IMG/VR virus record: IMGVR_UViG_3300027747_000967
Location: 55,999 to 119,998 of that record
Source: a virus
Strand: one strand, 5' to 3'
Length of the DNA: 64,000 bases
The position numbers and the translations under genes are program-made. The notes under the pieces were generated by a model. The model did no database searches. It saw only the letters and a list, made by a program, of their open reading frames with translations, and was not told the DNA's origin. The first letter of the stretch is position 1, and each line of letters begins with the position of its first letter. Shown here piece by piece: positions 57,080 through 64,000 of the stretch.

Positions 57080-57715
57080 TTAAACTGGAACTTCTTCCCA
57101 TGAAATTGAACCTTGAAAACCAGATGCAGCAGTAGCAACAGAAGTAATCAAGCACAAATATGCACCAGCAGGTAATATAACTGAACCCTCTAAATCATAC
57201 AATGTTGTAGCTGGTAAAGTTGTTGCAGTTGGCATAGATGCTAATTGTGCAATCGTGTTAGGAGCTGTTGGTAAAGTAGCAACAGAATAAACTAAACCAG
57301 TACCAGCCGCACCAACACCAACAAAGTTAGAACGGACAGTTAATGCTGTAGTGGCAGATGGTGCAGTTGTTGCATTGTAACCAGCAGCTAAAATAACAGT
57401 ATTAACTGTAGTATTGATTACTGGAAATGCAAAACCAATTTTGTTTACCACTAAGTTAACTAAAGAACCAATTGGATTATAAAGTATAGTTCCAGTAACA
57501 CCAGTTATAGTAGTACCTGATGTAAACGCAACAGTAGTCACACCAGTTGGGTTGGCTGCAACAAATCCGTTACGTCTGTAAGTTGTTTCATAATAACGAC
57601 CATGAAGTTCTGAAACAATCATGTCCCCTAATTGTCCTGCACGAGCAGGGGCTTGTAAGCCAGCAGAAATACTTGTTGTGGTCGCTACTGGACCTACTTG
57701 GTTTTGAATTAACAT
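57080..57715 (-). CDS. Thr/Ala-rich putative virion structural protein
   Basis: Tandem TATAAATA at 57763-57778, AAGGAG SD and own terminator; ends WEEVPV. Confidence 0.6.
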   Translation of the reverse strand: MLIQNQVGPVATTTSISAGLQAPARAGQLGDMIVSELHGRYYETTYRRNGFVAANPTGVTTVAFTSGTTITGVTGTILYNPIGSLVNLVVNKIGFAFPVINTTVNTVILAAGYNATTAPSATTALTVRSNFVGVGAAGTGLVYSVATLPTAPNTIAQLASMPTATTLPATTLYDLEGSVILPAGAYLCLITSVATAASGFQGSISWEEVPV

Positions 57716-57789
57716 TCTCTAAATCTCCTTGTTATTAATAATTTAATTACTACACGTTGATGTATTTATATATTTATATAAAATAATTT

Positions 57790-59124
57790 TTACTGCTGGT
57801 TTATGAATAATGATGCATCGTTACGCATTTGTGTTGGTTCGTCACCTAATTGAACGATTGTACCTGTAGTAGGAACTGTGGAACCTTGTAAAGCACCAGC
57901 CAATATTTTAGGTAACTCATATAACTGTTGGTTTAGTATTTTCATTTCTTGTAATATTTGTGCCAACAATTCAACCTGATTCTGTCCTTCAAACTGCGAG
58001 GTATCTTGAGTAGTCTGTGGTACTTGGTTGTTATAACCAGCCGCACCTATTGGAGTATTACCTGTAGTGGCAGAAGATAATGCAGCACTACTTGTTGGTA
58101 TTGTTCTGTTAGATGTAATTAAATCACCTAACATGGTTGTAGTTGCCCTTCTTGCCAAACCTGTAGGATCTACACCACCAACAACAAGTGGGTTATTTGC
58201 AGGAGCAACACCTACGGCACTTGTACCACCAACAGCTAATGTACCTGCAATACCGCCTGTTACAGCAGCGGTATTAGCTATGTTAACAATGTTCATACCT
58301 AACTGAGCAGTTGTAACCGAAGTTGTTGCACCAGCAATTTGTTGTAAGTTTACTTGAGTATTTGTATAAGGTTGATTTCTTAAATAATATGTAAATTGAC
58401 CCGCAACTGATGCAGTAACTTTTATGTAACGAGTTAAACATGGAAATACAAAGTTGCCTACAGCTGCTAATGCGGTAGTTGCTACAGCAGTTGATAAGTT
58501 ATACCCAGTTATATTGTTAAATGTAATTCCATCATTTGAACCTGCAACTGTTCCAACAAGACCTGTACCTGTTGTAAAAGATATAGTCTGGTAACCTTGT
58601 GTATCAATAATTGTTGGAGCATTAACACCTTGAATAACCGTTGTGGGTTGCGGTGCATCCGATAATATAAATGCACCTGATAAATCTTGTTTGATACCTG
58701 AGTTCTGTAGCTGAAGCTTGACGTTTAATGGTGAGTTATTTGTCTCATCCATGGCTAACGATAAACGGTCAACAGGATTACTTGACAAGTAATTATTACC
58801 TAAAATCAATAGTGTTGCGGCACCAGAAATATTTGTTACGTTATAACGAATATAACGACTATCAGCTTTAACTAGATAAACACCATCAACTTCAATTTGT
58901 GATTTTGATCCTAAACTGGCCAATTCTGTGACAAATGTTGGTGTCCAATACACGCCATCTAAAGAATTTTCAACTGTTATGATACCAGAAAATGTGTTAC
59001 CCGAAACTTGCCAAACACTTTGAACATAACCTGTGGTATCAATTGCTGGACCAGCACCAGTAGTTGTTAATGTTCCGGTGAATAAAGTTGCATTATCAGG
59101 ATATTGTAAACCAAAAGAACTCAT
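57790..59124 (-). CDS. Putative virion structural protein
   Basis: Two beta-rich repeats (IDTxGY...S.DG...RYI); late operon. Confidence 0.55.
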   Translation of the reverse strand: MSSFGLQYPDNATLFTGTLTTTGAGPAIDTTGYVQSVWQVSGNTFSGIITVENSLDGVYWTPTFVTELASLGSKSQIEVDGVYLVKADSRYIRYNVTNISGAATLLILGNNYLSSNPVDRLSLAMDETNNSPLNVKLQLQNSGIKQDLSGAFILSDAPQPTTVIQGVNAPTIIDTQGYQTISFTTGTGLVGTVAGSNDGITFNNITGYNLSTAVATTALAAVGNFVFPCLTRYIKVTASVAGQFTYYLRNQPYTNTQVNLQQIAGATTSVTTAQLGMNIVNIANTAAVTGGIAGTLAVGGTSAVGVAPANNPLVVGGVDPTGLARRATTTMLGDLITSNRTIPTSSAALSSATTGNTPIGAAGYNNQVPQTTQDTSQFEGQNQVELLAQILQEMKILNQQLYELPKILAGALQGSTVPTTGTIVQLGDEPTQMRNDASLFINQQ

Positions 59125-59444
59125 TAGGTCACCTCAATTGAAGAAACAATCACATCAACAGAAAATGATGATGATACGTTGACAAAATTACCTTGACCGA
59201 CAACAATTTTGTTGGAGTCAATTAAACTTAAAGAAGTTCCGCCAGGTATAATAATATTTCTTGCTATGTTTGCTGTGTATGATGTTGTATTTGCTAATGT
59301 AACATTTGCAACTGCCGTGTTTGCAGTATTGTTACAAATGAGTAATCCTACCATCGTGGCTTGTACACCTGATGTTGTTGGATTATAAACAACCGTTGAA
59401 GTTGTCACATTGTTGGCGAGATAATTATTATAATTGATTGGCAT
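59124..59444 (-). CDS. Small Asn-rich virion protein
   Basis: TATAAATA at 59450-59457; LICN ... S.IE motif. Confidence 0.55.
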   Translation of the reverse strand: MPINYNNYLANNVTTSTVVYNPTTSGVQATMVGLLICNNTANTAVANVTLANTTSYTANIARNIIIPGGTSLSLIDSNKIVVGQGNFVNVSSSFSVDVIVSSIEVT

Positions 59445-59452
59445 AGTGTTAT

Positions 59453-60886
59453 TTATACAATAAAAGATTGAGCTAAAGCAATTTTAGAAATATCAACAAG
59501 ACTTTGAGATGTTCCGTATGCTACAAAAATTGTTGACTTAATATTAGCATTGGTAGTTACTAAAGTATTATTAGATGTGTAATAAGATAAATTTATTGTA
59601 TTTGAAATGTATCCTGTTGTATTAGCAAAAACAATTGAATTTACGGTATAACCAGATGAAGAGGCACGGGTATTTGCCTGATTATATGCTGATTGTGCTA
59701 GAACATTTGATGCGTTAGCTTGATTATATGCTGATTGCGTAAAAGTATTGGTACTATTTGCTTGATTGTATGATGATTGTGTAAAATTATATAATGTATT
59801 TGAATATGCTAATAAATTAATACCTTGTGAATATACATTAGATGATTGAACGTCACCTTGAATACCTACGCCACCAACAACTTGTAACGCACCAGATGTT
59901 TTGCTGGTTGTTGCAATTGAAGATTTAATCAATACAGTATTAGCAGCCGTAATTCTTAGGACTTCATTAGGCGTATCTAAACCGTTAGTAGCAAATATAA
60001 TATCATTAGTTAAATATGTTGCAATGATAACATTACCGCCACCGGTGGTTGTATTTCCAGACACATAAAAATAACCATCATTTGGTTTTATTAAACCATA
60101 ACCAGGATAATTATAGGTGCTACTACCAATACCTAAATCAACATATCCTTCAATTGCTGTTCCATTATCTGCGGTAAGAAAAATATCTGAAGAAGAATTT
60201 GCACCAGAATTAATGTTTTGATGGTTAACACCAGCATAACCATCATAGTTAGCTGTAAATTGTGTTATCATCTGAGGTTCAATTAAATAACCTGTAGGAA
60301 TACCAGTATATAAAGAATTGAATCCATTAGAAGAATAACCAAAAAATTGACCAGTATTACCTGTAACGGTGACCGAGGTTACATTACCTGTAAACGTAAT
60401 GTTACCGGTTACTGTTAGGTCATTTTGAATTGTAACGGCACCGGAAATTGTTCCACCTGATGAACTAAATTTAGTATTTGAACTTGCATATGCCGATTGT
60501 GCTAGAACATTTGATGAGTTAGCTTGATTGTATGCAGACTGCGCTAAAACATTGGCTGAATTTGCTTGAGCAAAACCGCCTTGAGCATATATGTTTGTAA
60601 CATTTGAAAAATTGTATGATGATTGTGCTAGAATTGTTGCTATATTTGCTTGATTATATGCTTGTTGAACAAAAGCACTAGAACCTGCTGAATTTGCCGC
60701 ATTATAGGCTGCTTGAGCAAAATCTAAACGTGACAAATAGATACCACCAGGAGTAACACCATCTTGTATGGTTAATGTTTTCTGGTCAGTATCAACAATC
60801 AGTTCCGCTAAAGGACCAGTATAGCTGGCCGTCTGAGCAGAAGTACCTCTTTTGATTTGAACGGTTAAAGAATTATTGGCAGCCAT
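59453..60886 (-). CDS. Fibre protein with Mtd_N-like N-terminus and AQSAYNQAN repeats
   Basis: QIKRGT...GPLAELIVDTD...QDGVTPGG; SKTSGALQVVGGVGIQG repeat; TATAAATA at 60909-60916. Confidence 0.7.
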   Translation of the reverse strand: MAANNSLTVQIKRGTSAQTASYTGPLAELIVDTDQKTLTIQDGVTPGGIYLSRLDFAQAAYNAANSAGSSAFVQQAYNQANIATILAQSSYNFSNVTNIYAQGGFAQANSANVLAQSAYNQANSSNVLAQSAYASSNTKFSSSGGTISGAVTIQNDLTVTGNITFTGNVTSVTVTGNTGQFFGYSSNGFNSLYTGIPTGYLIEPQMITQFTANYDGYAGVNHQNINSGANSSSDIFLTADNGTAIEGYVDLGIGSSTYNYPGYGLIKPNDGYFYVSGNTTTGGGNVIIATYLTNDIIFATNGLDTPNEVLRITAANTVLIKSSIATTSKTSGALQVVGGVGIQGDVQSSNVYSQGINLLAYSNTLYNFTQSSYNQANSTNTFTQSAYNQANASNVLAQSAYNQANTRASSSGYTVNSIVFANTTGYISNTINLSYYTSNNTLVTTNANIKSTIFVAYGTSQSLVDISKIALAQSFIV

Positions 60887-60911
60887 TTATTTTCCAAAGT
60901 AATAAGATTAT

Positions 60912-62006
60912 TTATAGAGTTCCATAATCGTAAATAATAGGAACAGGAGTATAACCTATCCAACCATAATCGGTATATGCACTACTATTTAAGCCAATAA
61001 CAAAAGTACCGCCTCCTGCACCTCCGCCTGTGTTTGCCTTATTATATGCCGATTGAGCAAAAGTATTGACGGCAATAATATTAGCATTTGCTGAATTAAG
61101 ACCGCCTTGTAAGTAAACTGTATTAGCAGCTGCCGTGTTGGCCGCATTAAAAGCAGCTTGTGTATACGCACTAGAACCAGCATTATTGGCAGCCGCATAT
61201 GCCGAATAAGCATAAGTATTTACAGCATTAGCATAAGCATATACTTGTTGTGTATAAACATTTAAAGCGGAAGCGTTAGCGTTGGCCGTTAAACCATATG
61301 CCAAAATATAAGAAATATTAGCATTGGCTGTATTCAGACCACCTTGTAAGTATATGGTATTTGCTGATGCTGAATTTGCTTGTGCATATGCTGAAGTAGA
61401 ATAAGTATTTAATGCAGAAGCATTGGCATTAGCAGATGAACTATAATTAAACAACAGACTTATATTGGCGTTTGCTGAATTTAATGCACCTTGTAAGTAT
61501 ATGGTATTGGCCGATGCTGAATTGGCCGTATTGGCTGCATTGTTAGCGGCACTAAAGGCTGCTTGTGAATAGGCACCAGAACCAGCATTATTAGCTGCAT
61601 TGTATGCCGAATATGCGTAGGTATTTACAGCATTAGCATAAGCGTATGCTGATTGGGAGTATGTATTTAATGCTGAAGCATTAGCATTGGCTGAAGCACT
61701 ATAATTAAATAATAGAGTGATATTAGCATTGGCAGAATTTAAACCACCTTGTAAAATAATAGTATTAGATGAAGCATTATTTGCCGTATTTTCTACTTTG
61801 AGAATTAAGTTAGCATCTGCCGTACCATCTCTAAACCAGTATTCAACGATTGCACCACCACTAATAATACCTACAGTTAAACCTTGAAAACGATTTGCTA
61901 AAATGACGGCAGTTAGAGCAGTAGCAACATCAACATGAGGACCATACCTTGAATCGGCCGACTTTGGCGCTTGTATACTTAGATTGTCGTTTAATAAGAT
62001 TGCCAT
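60912..62006 (-). CDS. Ala/Asn-rich repetitive fibre protein
   Basis: Repeated LQGGLNSANANI and YAYANAVNTYA modules. Confidence 0.65.
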   Translation of the reverse strand: MAILLNDNLSIQAPKSADSRYGPHVDVATALTAVILANRFQGLTVGIISGGAIVEYWFRDGTADANLILKVENTANNASSNTIILQGGLNSANANITLLFNYSASANANASALNTYSQSAYAYANAVNTYAYSAYNAANNAGSGAYSQAAFSAANNAANTANSASANTIYLQGALNSANANISLLFNYSSSANANASALNTYSTSAYAQANSASANTIYLQGGLNTANANISYILAYGLTANANASALNVYTQQVYAYANAVNTYAYSAYAAANNAGSSAYTQAAFNAANTAAANTVYLQGGLNSANANIIAVNTFAQSAYNKANTGGGAGGGTFVIGLNSSAYTDYGWIGYTPVPIIYDYGTL

Positions 62007-62009
62007 GGA

Positions 62010-63734
62010 TTAACTGAACTGTATTGAACCGCTGGTTGTGGTAGCATAACCTGATATGTAAATATTAAATGTTACACCAGACCAATATGCACTAGGTGAA
62101 GTTACTGCTTGTGATACGCCAGCCAAAATAAATTGTCCCGCACCAATTAAACCATTATTTAGAGCGGTATTATACCAAGTTGTCTTTGCGGCATATCCTG
62201 TTTGAACTGCCAACCAAACATATTGTGACGAAGCATTAAAGGTAATCGTTAATGTTCCTGAACCTACTGCTAAAACTCTGTTTGTTGTACCTGCTTGTAT
62301 AGCTGTAGCGATTGAAGCGGCCGTAGGTTGTGTTGATGAAACACCCCAGAAATATGGGTAAATACCTGTAATCACAGATGTTGTAGATGCAAACGTGGTC
62401 GCATTGGCTGATTGTGGATTTGTAGTTGATAACACAGCAAACGCATTAGAATCTGTTGCACCTTTGTTATTTAACTTTGCTAGGCCTGCACTATAATTAC
62501 CTAAACCTTGCCATGTTGTTGTTCCTGATACGATTGTATTAGAATCAATATATGTGTTTGCGTAGAAATAGTTTGGATTATTTGGATCCGCAGCGCCAAA
62601 TTGTGGACCTATATTCGTAGTTGCAGTTGCTGGAGGGCTATTATTTGCATTAATCACCGTACCATTTCGTGTTATTCTTAATTGAGTAAACGGACCAGCA
62701 TCATTTTTAGTACCTGTTACAGTCAATGATTGATTAATTGATTGTCCAATTTCAAATGTTCCAGTATTGTTTGCACTTAAAGTAATAGTAGGTACCGTAT
62801 AAGATGGACCAAGTGTTGGAAATAATATTGCATCAAAAACTTGTGTCATTGTGTATGTTGACCACACTTGAGCATTTTGAACAGGGGCGCCACCTACTGC
62901 AATACTATTGACTGTAGGACTGATTGAAGTTGTGTATAAATTTGGTGAAACATTACCTGTGAGTAAGGTAATATTAGCATTAGCAGAATTTAATGCACCT
63001 TGTAAATAAACGGTATTTGAACTGGCAGTATTAGCAACAGAATATGAAGCGTAACTATAAGTATTAATTGCTGATATACTAGTATTTTGTGCAATATCAA
63101 TAGCAAATAATAATGTAATATTAGCGTTTGCTGAATTTAAACCACCTTGAAGATAAACGGTATTAGCTCCAGCAGTATTAGCTGTATTATATGCTGACTG
63201 TGCCAAAACATTGGCTGCATTTGCTTGATTAAAGGCCGCTTGAGTGTATGCACTAGAACCGGCTGCATTTGCTTGAGCATAAGCAGAAACTGCATAAGTA
63301 TTTACGGCATTTGCATAAGCGTATATCTGTTGTGAGTAAACATTTAAAGCAGAAGCATTAGCATTAGACGATAAAGAATAATTAAATAGTAATGAAATAT
63401 TAGCATTTGCTGAATTCAAACCACCTTGAAGATAGATGGTGTTTGCAGAAGCAGTATTGGCTACATTAAATGCAGCTTGAGTATATGCACTAGAACCAGC
63501 TGCATTTGCGGCATTATATGCTGACTGTGCTAATACTGTTGCTGAGTTTGCTTGATTGTATGCTGACTGTGCTATGACTTTTGTTGATGGGTCACCAATT
63601 TGTATAATACCTGTATTTGAACCAATAAAAAGTGTATTGGAAACAAAAGAATAGGCTAACTGACCATCAAGTAAACTTATTGGTGTTGTATTTGTATATG
63701 AACGGAGTATCTGTAAATTGACTGTATTGGCCAT
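62010..63734 (-). CDS. Fibre protein with tail-fibre-type N-terminus, repeat stalk and C-terminal domain
   Basis: LQILRS..P..LLDGQLAYSF...LFIG; repeats shared with 60912-62006. Confidence 0.65.
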   Translation of the reverse strand: MANTVNLQILRSYTNTTPISLLDGQLAYSFVSNTLFIGSNTGIIQIGDPSTKVIAQSAYNQANSATVLAQSAYNAANAAGSSAYTQAAFNVANTASANTIYLQGGLNSANANISLLFNYSLSSNANASALNVYSQQIYAYANAVNTYAVSAYAQANAAGSSAYTQAAFNQANAANVLAQSAYNTANTAGANTVYLQGGLNSANANITLLFAIDIAQNTSISAINTYSYASYSVANTASSNTVYLQGALNSANANITLLTGNVSPNLYTTSISPTVNSIAVGGAPVQNAQVWSTYTMTQVFDAILFPTLGPSYTVPTITLSANNTGTFEIGQSINQSLTVTGTKNDAGPFTQLRITRNGTVINANNSPPATATTNIGPQFGAADPNNPNYFYANTYIDSNTIVSGTTTWQGLGNYSAGLAKLNNKGATDSNAFAVLSTTNPQSANATTFASTTSVITGIYPYFWGVSSTQPTAASIATAIQAGTTNRVLAVGSGTLTITFNASSQYVWLAVQTGYAAKTTWYNTALNNGLIGAGQFILAGVSQAVTSPSAYWSGVTFNIYISGYATTTSGSIQFS

Positions 63735-63967
63735 TAAAAGAATCCGTTATCCGCAGTTGTAAGTGATGAAGCTACTGCATTTACGGTAAAAAGACCTGTA
63801 TTTGCATGATAGGTAATTGCCCCACCGTCAACTGCACCGACCAAACTTAAATCGGATGCAGTTTTTAATTGATTCTGACCACCATAGTTAATAGCTGCTA
63901 CCTGAGGATTTGTAGCAACTCCATTACGAACTTTAACAACTGCTGGTGGTGTGACGATAACTGGCAT
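63734..63967 (-). CDS. Small virion-associated hypothetical protein
   Basis: Translationally coupled to the next gene; ends DNGFF. Confidence 0.55.
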   Translation of the reverse strand: MPVIVTPPAVVKVRNGVATNPQVAAINYGGQNQLKTASDLSLVGAVDGGAITYHANTGLFTVNAVASSLTTADNGFF

Positions 63968-64000
63968 GATTACCTCGTTACACTTGGTGAAACATTAACT

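Noticed and set aside
355-58306. Many short plus-strand and nested minus-strand ORFs in the track
   Set aside because: They lie antisense or out of frame within well-supported genes and show no motifs.
59453-63734. CRISPR array or diversity-generating retroelement
   Set aside because: Repeats are in-frame coding repeats with synonymous variation; no reverse transcriptase or adenine-specific TR/VR pair despite the Mtd_N-like domain.
1-64000. Alternative genetic code or stop-codon recoding
   Set aside because: Core genes are full length in the standard code, the two breaks are explained by endonuclease insertions, and no suppressor tRNA is seen.
1-64000. Assignment as a cyanophage
   Set aside because: Gene order resembles marine and freshwater T4-like phages, but no photosynthesis or other host-diagnostic genes are in the window.

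Overview
AT-rich 64-kb segment of a large T4-like myophage genome, read almost entirely on the minus strand; the host cannot be identified from this window. In transcription order (right to left) it holds: Asn/Ala-rich fibre and virion genes, then the T4 late module gp13-14-15-16-17-18-19-20-(67)-21-22-23-3. Next come uvsY-uvsW-gp55-gp47-gp46, def, gp45-44-62-regA, hsp20 and speD. These are followed by a tRNA/structured-RNA island, gp43-uvsX-gp41, an 11-gene sugar synthesis/glycosyl/methyltransferase cluster, and a late operon of probable capsid-packaged proteins. Main highlights: (1) terminase gp17 is fractured by an atypically split intein with a free-standing endonuclease between the halves; (2) DNA polymerase gp43 is split at the fingers domain around an HNH gene; (3) a late operon carries T4-type capsid-targeting leaders on a ligase-like protein, a nuclease-like protein, a nucleotidyltransferase-kinase and E-rich polyproteins; (4) an unannotated ArfA-like small ORF has its stop codon inside a 16-bp stem; (5) the tRNA island holds a non-canonical 6/6 tRNA-Gly-like RNA and several stem-closed ncRNAs; (6) the glycosylation cluster co-occurs with N-x-S/T-rich virion proteins; (7) there are two DUF4338-like paralogues. 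All family calls come from motif recognition and synteny, not database searches.
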